64,000 bases of DNA from an uncultured Candidatus Sumerlaeota bacterium (GCA_964463045.1 CAYXAU010000013.1:2188-66187); one strand, 5' to 3'; shown: positions 47,705 through 57,567, numbered from the stretch's first letter. Made by a program: numbers and translations. The notes: generated by a model from the sequence alone, not told the origin.

Positions 47705-48105
47705 TGGAGCCCTCCCTTCCGCCAAGCGTAGAGGTAGCCGATCATGAGAATGGCGATGAAGACGAACATCTCCAGGAAGGCGAACCGTTGGAAGGCTTCG
47801 GCCGAGAAGGCCACCTCCCCGGAGGCGAACTCCAGAGAGCGCCCGCCGAAGATGACGGCCCAAACCAGGATATAGACGCTTTCGACGTCGAACAGAAGGA
47901 ACAAAAGCGCGACGCGATAAAACCGGATCGGGGCCCGCACGCTGGCTTCCCCCGTCGGGATGATGCCGGACTCATACGGGAGGTCCTTGCTCGGGTTGGG
48001 ACGCAACGGGCCGATGACGTGACCCAACCAGAGGCTCGCCAACGCGAAAACGAGGGCCGCCGTCACCATCAGGGCCAGCGGGAGGTAGGCTTGAAGATGG
48101 CCCAT
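47695..48105 (-). CDS. nuoA: NADH-quinone oxidoreductase subunit A
   Basis: [31 protein letters not shown]. Confidence 0.95.
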   Translation of the reverse strand: MGHLQAYLPLALMVTAALVFALASLWLGHVIGPLRPNPSKDLPYESGIIPTGEASVRAPIRFYRVALLFLLFDVESVYILVWAVIFGGRSLEFASGEVAFSAEAFQRFAFLEMFVFIAILMIGYLYAWRKGGLQWS

Positions 48106-48273
48106 GGGGCAAGGGGGGCCGAAGGGGCGGCGAAGGCGTTGAACCCACTGGATTTAGCGTGGGCTTGGGGGAAGCCGACGCCGCTGGGCCTGTCAGGCGC
48201 CCTCCGTTCGGGTCCGTCGGGGCGAGGGCATCATCATCGGGCCACCGTGACGCCAAAGCGTTGGACTTTGCGA

Positions 48274-48302
48274 ATTTTTTCACAAGCTCGCCCCCCTGTC
48301 AA
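48274..48302 (-). promoter_or_regulatory. sigma70 promoter of the nuo operon
   Basis: Minus strand TTGACA-N17-AAAAAT with TG at the extended -10 position. Confidence 0.65.
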
Positions 48303-48430
48303 GCCGCTTGCCCGGGCCGCCGTAGCGCGGGGCCCGAAGCCGCGCTACGATCCGCGGCCCGGGGCGCGCCCGGCGCGGGCCGCGGCAGGCGGACCGGCCC
48401 CCGGAACACCCGACGGCGGTGGAGGACGCA

Positions 48431-50272
48431 ATGGACGACATTGACCCCATCGGCGGCTTCGACGGCCCGGCTGACGTGAAGCGGCAGGCGAGGGCGCCCG
48501 CCGGCGGCGTGACGAACCGCTCCGGCGAGGCGGGCGCCGCGGAAAAGCAACCCCTGGGGCCAGCGGCTGAAGCCGGCGGGGGTTTCGTCCGGCTGGATCG
48601 TCGCGCCTTCGGCAAGCTGATCGCCGGTCTGGCGGCCCTCCGTCTTGCCCGCTGCGAGACCCCGCTGGCGGCTCAGGAGGTCCAACTCGCGGAGATCACC
48701 GAGGCGACCGTGGCCGAAGCCGAGCGGTTGGCCGGGCTCGCCTTCACCCCCGAAGAGCGCCGCCTGACGCTGACGGGCCTCCAGCGGTACCTTCGCGGCT
48801 ATGACCAAGTCCGGGCCCTGCGTCTCGGCAACGACGTCCCCCCGGCGATGATGTTTCACGCCGAACCGTGGGCCGAGCCTCGGCCGGAGTTGCCGCCGTC
48901 GAGGCCCATCCCGATCGAGCCCTGGCGCGGCGAACCTCCCGCCGACCCCGAGTCCCTCGCCTACTTGCCCGTCGTCGACTTGGGCCGCCTGATCCGCGCC
49001 GGGAAGATCGGCCCTGTCGAATTGACGGAGCTTTACCTGGCGCGACTGCGCGAGATTGGCCCCAAACTCAATTGCCTCGTGACGCTCCTGGAGGATTCGG
49101 CCAGGACGGCGGCGGCCCAGGCGGAGGCCGAACTCCGCCGCGGGTACGATCGTGGCCCCCTGCACGGCATCCCCTGGGGCGCGAAGGATTTGTTCGCCGT
49201 CCCCGGCGCGCCGACCACCTGGGGCGCCGCCCCGTATAAAGATCAGGTCCTGGAGGCGACGGCGACCGTCGTCCGCCGGTTGACCGAGGCGGGGGCGATC
49301 CTCCTCGCCAAGCTCTCGCTGGGGGAGCTGGCTCAAGGCGATCTCTGGTACAACGGCCGGACGCTCAACCCCTGGAAGTTGTCCGTCGGCTCAAGCGGTT
49401 CCTCGGCCGGGCCCGGGGCGGCCACCGCGGCCGGGCTCGTCGGGTTCGCTCTGGGGACGGAGACGCTCGGCTCGATCGTTTCCCCCTCGACCGTCTGCGG
49501 GGTGACGGGCCTGCGGCCGACGTTCGGTCGCGTCAGCCGCCATGGAGCGATGGCCCTGAGCTGGACGATGGACAAGATCGGCCCCATGGCCCGTTCGGCC
49601 GAGGATTGCGCCCTCGCCCTGGCTGCGATCCACGGCCCCGACGGGCTGGATCCGACGGTCGTGGCGCGCCCCTTCCTCTGGCCGACGAAGGTTGATCTGA
49701 GCCGGTTGCGGTTCGGCTACGCCGTCCGCGAGTTCGAGGCCGTTTCGGCCGATTGGGCCCGCGAGCTGAACGCGGCGGCGCTTGATCAGTTGCGTGCCCT
49801 GGGGGCGCGGCTTGAACCCGTCGAACTGCCTGAATTCCCCCTGGGGGCGATCCGGATGGTCCTGACGGTCGAGGCGGCGGCGGCCTTCGACGACCTGACG
49901 CGGAGCGACCGCGACGACCTGATGGCGGCCCAGGCGCCGGTCTCCTGGCCCAACGCCTTCCGGACGGCTCGCCTGGTGCCCGCCGTGGAGTATCTTCAAG
50001 CGCAGCGCGCCCGCTGGCTGCTGATGCGGGCGATGGCGCGGTTGATGGAGGATTGGGACGTGCTGGTGGTCCCATCGCGCGGGGGGGCTTCGCTTACGCT
50101 GACGAACCTGACCGGGCATCCGCAACTGGCCTTCCCTCATGGCTTCCATGAGGGTTTGCCGCAGGGCATCTCGCTCCTGGGGCGGCCATTCGAGGAATCG
50201 ACGATTCTGGCCGTGGGCCGCGCCTATCAGCGGGCGACCGATTTTCACGCCCGTCGGCCGCCGATCGCCTGA
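48431..50272 (+). CDS. Amidase signature family enzyme (GatA-like fold) with N-terminal extension
   Basis: HGIPWGAKD, GSSGSSAG, GTETLGSIVSPS; GGAGG RBS; possible Tat motif DRRAFGKL. Confidence 0.88.
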   Translation: MDDIDPIGGFDGPADVKRQARAPAGGVTNRSGEAGAAEKQPLGPAAEAGGGFVRLDRRAFGKLIAGLAALRLARCETPLAAQEVQLAEITEATVAEAERLAGLAFTPEERRLTLTGLQRYLRGYDQVRALRLGNDVPPAMMFHAEPWAEPRPELPPSRPIPIEPWRGEPPADPESLAYLPVVDLGRLIRAGKIGPVELTELYLARLREIGPKLNCLVTLLEDSARTAAAQAEAELRRGYDRGPLHGIPWGAKDLFAVPGAPTTWGAAPYKDQVLEATATVVRRLTEAGAILLAKLSLGELAQGDLWYNGRTLNPWKLSVGSSGSSAGPGAATAAGLVGFALGTETLGSIVSPSTVCGVTGLRPTFGRVSRHGAMALSWTMDKIGPMARSAEDCALALAAIHGPDGLDPTVVARPFLWPTKVDLSRLRFGYAVREFEAVSADWARELNAAALDQLRALGARLEPVELPEFPLGAIRMVLTVEAAAAFDDLTRSDRDDLMAAQAPVSWPNAFRTARLVPAVEYLQAQRARWLLMRAMARLMEDWDVLVVPSRGGASLTLTNLTGHPQLAFPHGFHEGLPQGISLLGRPFEESTILAVGRAYQRATDFHARRPPIA

Positions 50273-50295
50273 GGACGGAACGTGAGGCAGAACGG

Positions 50296-50422
50296 ATGAA
50301 CCCCCAAGCGGCGAAGAGAGGAGGAAATCGGGGAAACCGGAAGGGAGCTTCTTCGTCCGCGGCGTGGCGCCCGCTATCGTCTCCGTCGCGCTTACCAGGG
50401 GCCGGGGTTCCTGGGCGGTTCA
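50296..50422. repeat. Palindromic element, family A, at the 5' end of the sialidase ORF
   Basis: ATGAACCCCCAAGCGGCGAAG ... CTGGGCGGTTCA. Confidence 0.55.
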
Positions 50423-51492
50423 GTTTGCCGTCTCGAAGGCTCATCAGGTTCTTCACGCTCGGCCTCGGAGGCCGTTGGCTGGTCGTTCTGAGCGTTTTGG
50501 CCGCCTGGCCGGTGGCGGCCCAGGAGGCATCCATGCGCGTCCTCGCCCGCGATTTTCTTTTCGCCGAGCCTCCATTTCCCTTTGCGCACACGCCGACGCT
50601 GTTCGAGGTCGCCCCGGGCCGCCTGATCGCCGGCGCGATCGGCGGGCCCGCCGCGCGCGATCCCGCCAATGCGGTCTGGATCGTCCATCATGACGGGAGG
50701 CGATGGGGGCGACCGGTCAAGGTCACCGATTGGCCGGTGGCCTGCTGGAATCCGGTCCTGACGCGGAATCCGCGCGACGGTGAACTCCTGTTGTTTTACA
50801 AAGTCGGGCTCTCGCCTCAGGTGTGGACGGGGGCGCTCGCGCGATCGACCGACGAGGGCCGAAGCTGGAGCCCGCCGGAAATCCTGCCGGCGGGGTTGAC
50901 CGGCCCCGTCCGGTCGAAGCCCCTGGCGCTGGAGGACGGGGCGCTCCTCTGCGGCGACTCGGTGGAAAGCTGGGAAGCCTGGAGCTGTTGGGTCAACCTG
51001 ACGCCCGACGGCGGGCGCACGTGGAGCCGTTTCGGGCCGATCGTCTACCCGGGCCAGCCCCACGGTCTGATCCAGCCGACGCTGTTCTGGTCGGACGCCG
51101 CTCGGACGATGCTCCGGATGCTCATGCGGCCGACGGAGAAGATCGGGCGCGTCTGCCAGAGCCAATCGACTGACCTGGGGCGCACGTGGAGCCCCGCCCG
51201 GGCGACCGAGTTGCCCAACCCCAATTCGGCGATCGACGCCGTCCGGCTGCGCGACGGGCGGATCGCCCTGGTCCACAACGACACGACCTCCGGGCGGGAG
51301 CGCCTGGCGCTCAGCCTTTCCGCCGACGGCGGGCTTTCCTGGGCGCGGGCGCTGGTTCTGGAAGAGGAGCCGGGCGAGGAGTTCTCTTACCCGGCGGTGA
51401 TCGAAGACGCCGCCGGGCGGCTCCAGGTGCTCTATACCTGGAAGAAACGCAACATCGGCCACGTCACGGTCGCCGCCGGCGACCCACGTTGA
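50296..51492 (+). CDS. Sialidase-family (BNR/Asp-box) beta-propeller protein
   Basis: Asp-boxes STDEGRSW, TPDGGRTW, STDLGRTW, SADGGLSW; IQPTL, PNPNS, FSYP. True start may be TTG at 50425. Confidence 0.85.
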   Translation: MNPQAAKRGGNRGNRKGASSSAAWRPLSSPSRLPGAGVPGRFSLPSRRLIRFFTLGLGGRWLVVLSVLAAWPVAAQEASMRVLARDFLFAEPPFPFAHTPTLFEVAPGRLIAGAIGGPAARDPANAVWIVHHDGRRWGRPVKVTDWPVACWNPVLTRNPRDGELLLFYKVGLSPQVWTGALARSTDEGRSWSPPEILPAGLTGPVRSKPLALEDGALLCGDSVESWEAWSCWVNLTPDGGRTWSRFGPIVYPGQPHGLIQPTLFWSDAARTMLRMLMRPTEKIGRVCQSQSTDLGRTWSPARATELPNPNSAIDAVRLRDGRIALVHNDTTSGRERLALSLSADGGLSWARALVLEEEPGEEFSYPAVIEDAAGRLQVLYTWKKRNIGHVTVAAGDPR

Positions 51493-51507
51493 GCCCCTTG
51501 GGCCGTC

Positions 51508-51619
51508 ACGGACGAACCCCGAGGGGGTTCGATCCGTCAGCCCAGGGTCAGCGCCAAGCGCGCCACCCGGGGTAGCGTCCCCGCGCGGCGGCGGTTTGCC
51601 CGAACCCTGAAAGGGTTCG
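51508..51619. repeat. Composite REP/BIME-like module (family B) between convergent genes
   Basis: Hairpins CGAACCCC-GAG-GGGGTTCG (51513-51531) and CGAACCCT-GAA-AGGGTTCG (51601-51619) flank CCCAGGGT...ACCCGGGG. Confidence 0.75.
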
Positions 51620-51658
51620 ACCGAGCGATCCATCCGCGCTCAGAGCGAAGCCGTGAGG

Positions 51659-52573
51659 CTATCTCAACAGGGGGATCGGGTCGACCGGCGCGGCGTCCTT
51701 GCGGATTTGAAAAAAGAGCCCGCCGCGGCCATTGTCGGACGGGCGGCCGACGGTGGCGATCGTCTGGCCGCTCTCAACGTCCTCGTCCGGCCGCACAAGC
51801 AGCCGCTCATTATAGCCGTAAACGGTCGTGAATCGGTCCCCGTGATCGACGATAACCGTCCGGCCGTAGCCGCGCAGCGCGCCGGCATAAATGACGCGCC
51901 CGGCGCGGGCGGCCCGCACCGGCGTTTCGATCTCGGCGTCGATGAGGACGCCGTTAAAGGGCGCGCGTCGTTCGGCGCTGAAGGCGCGGCTCACCCGGCC
52001 TTCTACCGGCCACCGAAACCGGCCCGGCGCGGCCTCGGCCGCGGGTCCGGCGCGGGCGGCTTCCGACAGCGTCGGCGTCCTTTCGGGGGTGTCCGTCTCC
52101 GGCCGCGCCAGCGCGGTCAGCGCCGCACCGCGCCGCTCGCCGGTTTCATCGAGCGCCACGTTGGGGTGCGCCGGTCGCGGCGCGCGGAAAACGGGCAGGC
52201 CGTCGAAGAACTCCGGCGAAGGGGCGACCTGCGGGACGCTCGCGGGGTCCCGATTGATCTGTTCCAGGATGCGGCGCAACTCGGCCCGGTCGTGGACGGG
52301 CGGGATGTAGATCGGCTTGCCCTGGGGGGGGCGCTCGCCAACGCCGAACCGGTTGAGCTGGCCCACCAGCTCCGGGTCCCGTCGATACGTGTCCGCGATT
52401 TGCTGGATCGTCTGCCGCCCGTCGGCGAAATGATACCACCCGTTGCGATAATCCTGGTTCGGCAGGGGGATCGGGGGGGGGATAGACGTTGAGGGGCCGC
52501 CGCCGACGCAGGCGGCGACGAGGACGGCCGCGCCGGCCAAGGCCGGCAGCTTCATCCGACAACGACGCTTCAT
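51659..52573 (-). CDS. NlpD-like lipoprotein: LysM-like region plus degenerate M23/LytM domain
   Basis: Lipobox VAAC; RFRWPVEG, GYG..VIVDH, V..G..IA.VG; Zn ligands replaced (FNGVLI, GLFFQIR). Confidence 0.8.
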   Translation of the reverse strand: MKRRCRMKLPALAGAAVLVAACVGGGPSTSIPPPIPLPNQDYRNGWYHFADGRQTIQQIADTYRRDPELVGQLNRFGVGERPPQGKPIYIPPVHDRAELRRILEQINRDPASVPQVAPSPEFFDGLPVFRAPRPAHPNVALDETGERRGAALTALARPETDTPERTPTLSEAARAGPAAEAAPGRFRWPVEGRVSRAFSAERRAPFNGVLIDAEIETPVRAARAGRVIYAGALRGYGRTVIVDHGDRFTTVYGYNERLLVRPDEDVESGQTIATVGRPSDNGRGGLFFQIRKDAAPVDPIPLLR

Positions 52574-52775
52574 CACCTGCGGCACCACCTTTCAGCGCGA
52601 ACTGCCAACCAGATGTATCGGCCGCGGGAACGGGGAAGTTAAGCGTTTTGAGCCGTCGCGAGGCGTTGAAGCGGAAAGCCTCTCCCTTCGGGAGCCCGAT
52701 CGGGAGGCCGCAGGGCCCGAGCCAAGCTAGCCCAACCCGGCCGGCCGATAAAGCCCGAACGGCCGGGAGGCCGGG

Positions 52776-52781
52776 TATAAT
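52776..52781 (+). promoter_or_regulatory. -10 box upstream of uvrA
   Basis: Perfect TATAAT ending 40 nt before the ATG; no clear -35. Confidence 0.4.
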
Positions 52782-52821
52782 GGAAGGCCGGGCTGCCGGC
52801 GGCGGCCCGGCCCCATAGACC

Positions 52822-55578
52822 ATGTTGGACCGGATCGAGCTTCGAGGGGCGCGCACTCACAACCTCAAAGGGGTTTCGTGTGTCTTCCCGCATGGGGGTC
52901 TGACCGTGGTGACGGGGGTTTCCGGATCGGGGAAATCCTCGCTGGCCTTCGACACGCTTTACGCCGAAGGGCAGCGGCGCTACGTGGAGTCGCTCTCGAC
53001 TTACGCCCGTCAGTTCCTTGAGCGGATGGAGCGCCCGGCGATCGAGAGCCTGACGGGGCTTCAGCCGGCGATCGCGCTCGAACAACGCAACGCCGTGCGC
53101 AGCGCCCGCTCCACGGTCGGGACGGCCACGGAAATCCACGACTACCTTCGGCTCCTGTTCGCGCGGCTGGGGCGGACCGAATGCCCAACCTGCCGCCGGG
53201 AGGTCCGGCCCGAGACGCCGGAGTCGGCCCTCGCCACGCTGATGAGCCTGCCGCAGGGGACGCGGCTCATCGTCGTGGCGCCGACGGGGATCACGGCGGC
53301 GCGGCTGACGCCGACGCTTCGAGCCGAGTTGATCCGGGCCGGCTACCACCGCCTGTGGGATGGGTCGGCCCTCGTGGACCTCGAAGCCGAAGCGACGCCG
53401 TCGGACCCGCACGTCCCCCTGGCGATTGTGGTCGACCGGTTGGCGGTGGCCGAGGCCGATCGAACGCGACTCCACGCGGCGCTTCAGACGGCCTTTCAGG
53501 CGGGCCAGGGTCGCGCCGTCGCCGAAGTCCCCGATCGGGGGGAGCGCTTTCCATTCTCGGCGGGGATGATGTGCGACGGTTGCGGCGAGCGTTTTCCGGC
53601 GCCGGAGCCGCGGCTGTTTTCCTTTGATAACCCGCTCGGGGCCTGCCCGGCGTGCCAGGGGTTCGGCCGGATTATGGAATTGGACCTGGAGAAGGTCATT
53701 CCGGACCCGGAGCGCTGCATCGAGGACGGCGCGATCGCCCCCTGGAACTCCGAAGGCAGCATCGAGATGTACGACCTGCTGCGACGGCGGACGACGCCTC
53801 AGCAGATTCCCCGGCTCAAGCCCATCGCCGCTTTCACGCCCGCGCAGCGGGAAAACCTGATCGAAGGCGTGGGTCGGTTCCCCGGCGTCCGCGGCTTCTT
53901 CCAGTGGTTGGAATCCAAGAAATACAAGGTCCAGGCCCGCGTGATGCTGGCGCGCTATCGCGCTTACCGCACCTGCCCCGTCTGCGGCGGGGCGCGCCTT
54001 CGGCCCGAGGCGCTGAACGTCCGGCTGGCCGGGCGGACGATCGCCGAGCTGGCGAGCGAGCCGATCGGCCCGCTGGCGGATTTTTTCGGTCGGCTCGCCT
54101 TGACCGCTCGCGAACGGCAAATCGCCGGCGGGCTCATCGAGATGCTCGGCCTCCGGTTGAGTTACCTCCAGGAAATCGGGTTAAGTTACTTGAGCCTGGA
54201 TCGGCCGACGCGGACGCTCTCCGGCGGCGAGGCCCAACGGATCAATCTGGCCGCCTCGCTGGGTTCGGGGCTCACGCAGACGCTTTACGTCCTGGACGAG
54301 CCGACGGTCGGGCTTCACGCGCGCGACACCGAACGGCTCATCCGGACGCTCCAGGGGCTGCGCGATCTCGGCAACACCGTCGTCGTGGTCGAACACGATC
54401 TGGACGTGATCCGCGCGGCCGATCGGCTGATCGATCTCGGCCCCGGCGCCGGCGAGGCCGGCGGCGAGCTTCTCTTCGAGGGTCGGCTCGATGAAATCAA
54501 CGGCCTCACGACGCCGACGGCCCGCCACCTGGCGGGCTATCCCGTCCCGCCGGTCCCCACCCGCGGCCGGCCGGCCAAGGGATGGATTCGAATCCTGGGC
54601 GCCCGCGGGAACAATCTCAAGGGGCTGGACGTGGCCATCCCGCTGGGGGGGATCGTCGGCGTCACGGGCGTTTCGGGGTCGGGCAAGACCACACTGGTCC
54701 GGGACACGCTGACGGCGGCCTGGCGCCGGCGGCGCGAGCTGGCCCCGGTGGAGGCGGCCCCTTGCCGGGCGATCGAGGGGCTCGAAGCGCTCGAAGAGTT
54801 GATCTGGGTGGATCAGACGCCGCTGGCCCGCTCCAGCCGCTCCAACCCGGTGACCTACGTCAAAGCGATGGACCCGATCCGAGACACCCTGGCGTCGACG
54901 CGCGAGGCGCGGGCGCTTGGCCTCAAGCCAGCGGATTTTTCCTTTAACGTCGAGGGGGGCCGATGCCCCACCTGCAAGGGCACCGGCTATCAGACGATCG
55001 ACATGAGGTTCATGGCCGACGTGGAGGTGTTGTGCGAGAGCTGCGACGGCCGACGCTTCCGCGATCGTGTGTTGGTTTATCGCTATCAAGCCAAAACCAT
55101 CACCGATATCCTGGACCTGACGGTCGACGAAGCGGCTCGATTTTTCGCCGGGGAGCCGCGCGTCGTCCGAGCGCTCCGCCCGCTGCGCGAGGTCGGGCTC
55201 GGTTACCTTCGGCTCGGTCAGAGCACCGCCACGCTCTCCGGCGGCGAGGCCCAGCGGCTCAAGCTCGCCGGGCGCCTGGCGCGGATGCGGGACGGCCGCG
55301 GATTGTTGCTCGTCTTCGACGAACCGACGACGGGCCTTCACGCGGCCGACGTGGAACGGCTCCTGCGCGTTCTGCACGATCTGGTCGAGCGCGGCTGCTC
55401 GATCCTCGTCGTGGAACACAACCTCGATCTGATCGCTTCGGCCGATTGGATCATCGACCTGGGGCCCGAAGGCGGCGAGGGGGGCGGCCGCATCGTCGCC
55501 GAGGGACCGCCGGCGCAGATCGCGCGCTGCGAAACCTCCTGGACGGGCCGGCATCTCCGGCGTCGGTTCGGATTCTGA
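52822..55578 (+). CDS. uvrA: Excinuclease ABC subunit A (possibly a paralog)
   Basis: GARTHNLK, GVSGSGKSSLAFDTLYAEGQRRY, two LSGGEAQR signatures, zinc fingers CPTC/CDGC, DEPTVGLH and DEPTTGLH. Confidence 0.92.
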   Translation: MLDRIELRGARTHNLKGVSCVFPHGGLTVVTGVSGSGKSSLAFDTLYAEGQRRYVESLSTYARQFLERMERPAIESLTGLQPAIALEQRNAVRSARSTVGTATEIHDYLRLLFARLGRTECPTCRREVRPETPESALATLMSLPQGTRLIVVAPTGITAARLTPTLRAELIRAGYHRLWDGSALVDLEAEATPSDPHVPLAIVVDRLAVAEADRTRLHAALQTAFQAGQGRAVAEVPDRGERFPFSAGMMCDGCGERFPAPEPRLFSFDNPLGACPACQGFGRIMELDLEKVIPDPERCIEDGAIAPWNSEGSIEMYDLLRRRTTPQQIPRLKPIAAFTPAQRENLIEGVGRFPGVRGFFQWLESKKYKVQARVMLARYRAYRTCPVCGGARLRPEALNVRLAGRTIAELASEPIGPLADFFGRLALTARERQIAGGLIEMLGLRLSYLQEIGLSYLSLDRPTRTLSGGEAQRINLAASLGSGLTQTLYVLDEPTVGLHARDTERLIRTLQGLRDLGNTVVVVEHDLDVIRAADRLIDLGPGAGEAGGELLFEGRLDEINGLTTPTARHLAGYPVPPVPTRGRPAKGWIRILGARGNNLKGLDVAIPLGGIVGVTGVSGSGKTTLVRDTLTAAWRRRRELAPVEAAPCRAIEGLEALEELIWVDQTPLARSSRSNPVTYVKAMDPIRDTLASTREARALGLKPADFSFNVEGGRCPTCKGTGYQTIDMRFMADVEVLCESCDGRRFRDRVLVYRYQAKTITDILDLTVDEAARFFAGEPRVVRALRPLREVGLGYLRLGQSTATLSGGEAQRLKLAGRLARMRDGRGLLLVFDEPTTGLHAADVERLLRVLHDLVERGCSILVVEHNLDLIASADWIIDLGPEGGEGGGRIVAEGPPAQIARCETSWTGRHLRRRFGF

Positions 55579-55579
55579 G

Positions 55580-55696
55580 ATGAAGCGCCGCTGCCAAGAC
55601 GCCGGGACGCCGGTAGAGGCGACGGAACCCGCGCCGCGACCCGCCTCTTTTCTTCGTCCGTTTGTGTCTTCGTGGTACCACTCTTCGCCGTGGTTA
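55580..55696. repeat. Palindromic element, family A, forming the 5' end of the amidase ORF
   Basis: Right-arm motifs TTTGTGTCTTCGTGGT (55661-55676) and CTCTTCGCCGTGGTTA (55681-55696); left GCCAAGACGCC. Confidence 0.5.
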
Positions 55697-57538
55697 GCGT
55701 TGCTGATTGTTACTTTCCCGGCGACCGCCGCCCACGCGGCCGCGCCGCCGGAATTGTTTGAACGCCTGTGGCGCGCCCCCGGCCCTCATCAAGACGGCCC
55801 GGGAGCCCCCCGATTGCTCGTCGTCTATCCCCAGCCGGAGACTATCGTCGGCTACGATCACGATCGGACCCGATATGCGGCCCGCGTGGAGCCCCCCGAA
55901 GCCTCGGTCTTCATGGATGGGACGCCGCTGCGCGTCTGGGAAGGGGGCGTCGTGACGGGACTCGTCGAGCTCCCCGTCGGCGCGCGCGAGATCGTGCTGA
56001 CCGCCACGCACGAGGGGCGCTCGACGACCGTCCGCAGGCGCGTCATCCGCCAGGAGCGGCTCCTGGGCCCGGCGGCCTGGCCGCTCGCGTTTCATCCGGC
56101 CCGACCCGTCGAGCCGACGGGCGAGTTCTGGCTTCGCCCCGGCAGCTCGCTCGCGCTGACGCTGCGGGCCAGCCCCGGGGCGGAAGCTACTTATCGCCTG
56201 GGGGAAACCGGCCCGTGGTTGCCGATGAACCCGATCTCATCGAGCCCGCTCGACGGCGGCCGCTACGCTGCCACGCTCACGGTCCAGGGCGTCGACGCCC
56301 CCCCCGGCCCGGTCGAGCCCATCCGATTCAGAATTGAAGGTCGGCCGCCGGAGGGAGGGGCCGCTCAGCGCCGGGAGTTGACATCGGCCCTTCGCGTGCG
56401 CCGGTTGCCCTCGGATTATTCGCTCACCGGCATCGTCGGGACTTACCGGGCGACTTTCCTCAAAAACCGCAGCGATTGGCAGCGGTGGGGGAATTGGACG
56501 AGCGGGACGGTGTTCCCCGTGGGCGAGCTTCTGGGCGATCGCGTGAGCGCGCTCCTGCCCGTGGGCGCAAGCGGTTACCTCGAAAGCGCCTCCGTGCGTG
56601 TGATCGAAGCCGGCCATGCCGCGCCGCATCTGGGAGCGCCGCATGTAACTTTTTCGGATTACAAAGGGGAACCCCAAAGGGTGAGTGTTACCTGGGAGGT
56701 GCCGCATCCGCTGGCCTGCGTGTTTCATCCGGGGGAAACGGGGGGGGAGCTGATCATTTCGCTTCTGGGGGCGGCCTCGGCCGTGCCGGGCCGGTTTGAG
56801 CGTCCCGGGGGGGCGGGGCTTTTCTCGGTCGAAGTTCGCCCGGCGGGCCTCGGCCAGCCGCCGAGCCTCGCCGTGGCGATCGGGGACCGGCCGCTATGGG
56901 GTTACGATTTCGGCCCGACGGCGGCCGGAACGTTCAGCCTGAAGGCGCGGACGCGGCCGCGGCTCGGCCGGCCCTCTCAGCCGCTGGCCGGCTTCAGAAT
57001 CGCCGTCGACGCCGGTCATGGCGGCGCCGACCTCGGGGCGTTGGGGCCTTCGGGGCTGGCCGAGGCCGACGCCAATCGCGTGCTGGCCTATTGGGTCGCC
57101 GAAGAGCTGCGCGGAGGCGGAGCCGAGGTCCTCGAGATTCGCCCCGGAGAAGCCGGGGTGGAGCTGGACGATCGCGTGCTCGTCGGCCTCCGAGACGATC
57201 CGGACCTGTTTCTCAGTCTGCATCACAACTCCGTAAGCCCGACGACGGACCCGCTGCGGGACACGGGGCCTATCGTCTTTTATCACTATGATCATGCGCT
57301 CGGGCTGGCGCGCCGCATCGCCGAGGAACTGGCCGCGGCCTGGGGCGCCGGGACCCCCCCGCGCGTCGTGCGGGAGAATTTCCGGGTCAACCGCAACTTG
57401 AGCTTCTGCCCGTCGATCCTCATCGAGGGGGGGTTTGTGTGTAACCCGAACGATGAGCTGCGCCTGCGCTCGGTCGAGACGTATCAGACGGTGGCGCGGG
57501 CGATCGTCCGGGGCCTGCTTCGCGAGCTGACGGACTGA
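55580..57538 (+). CDS. N-acetylmuramoyl-L-alanine amidase (Amidase_3) with long N-terminal beta-rich region
   Basis: IAVDAGHGG, EADAN, FLSLHHNS, SILIEGGF (Zn ligands intact). Confidence 0.85.
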   Translation: MKRRCQDAGTPVEATEPAPRPASFLRPFVSSWYHSSPWLALLIVTFPATAAHAAAPPELFERLWRAPGPHQDGPGAPRLLVVYPQPETIVGYDHDRTRYAARVEPPEASVFMDGTPLRVWEGGVVTGLVELPVGAREIVLTATHEGRSTTVRRRVIRQERLLGPAAWPLAFHPARPVEPTGEFWLRPGSSLALTLRASPGAEATYRLGETGPWLPMNPISSSPLDGGRYAATLTVQGVDAPPGPVEPIRFRIEGRPPEGGAAQRRELTSALRVRRLPSDYSLTGIVGTYRATFLKNRSDWQRWGNWTSGTVFPVGELLGDRVSALLPVGASGYLESASVRVIEAGHAAPHLGAPHVTFSDYKGEPQRVSVTWEVPHPLACVFHPGETGGELIISLLGAASAVPGRFERPGGAGLFSVEVRPAGLGQPPSLAVAIGDRPLWGYDFGPTAAGTFSLKARTRPRLGRPSQPLAGFRIAVDAGHGGADLGALGPSGLAEADANRVLAYWVAEELRGGGAEVLEIRPGEAGVELDDRVLVGLRDDPDLFLSLHHNSVSPTTDPLRDTGPIVFYHYDHALGLARRIAEELAAAWGAGTPPRVVRENFRVNRNLSFCPSILIEGGFVCNPNDELRLRSVETYQTVARAIVRGLLRELTD

Positions 57539-57567
57539 GCTCGCCCCAGGCTCCGCGCCGCCCGAGT

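Noticed and set aside
48105-48270. Riboswitch in the ~160-nt nuo leader
   Set aside because: Contains GC-rich stems but no conserved motif of fluoride, SAM, TPP, FMN, c-di-GMP or other families that I could match.
54584-54595. GGATTCGAATCC resembling a tRNA T-arm
   Set aside because: Lies in frame within uvrA (GWIRILG), with no cloverleaf context.
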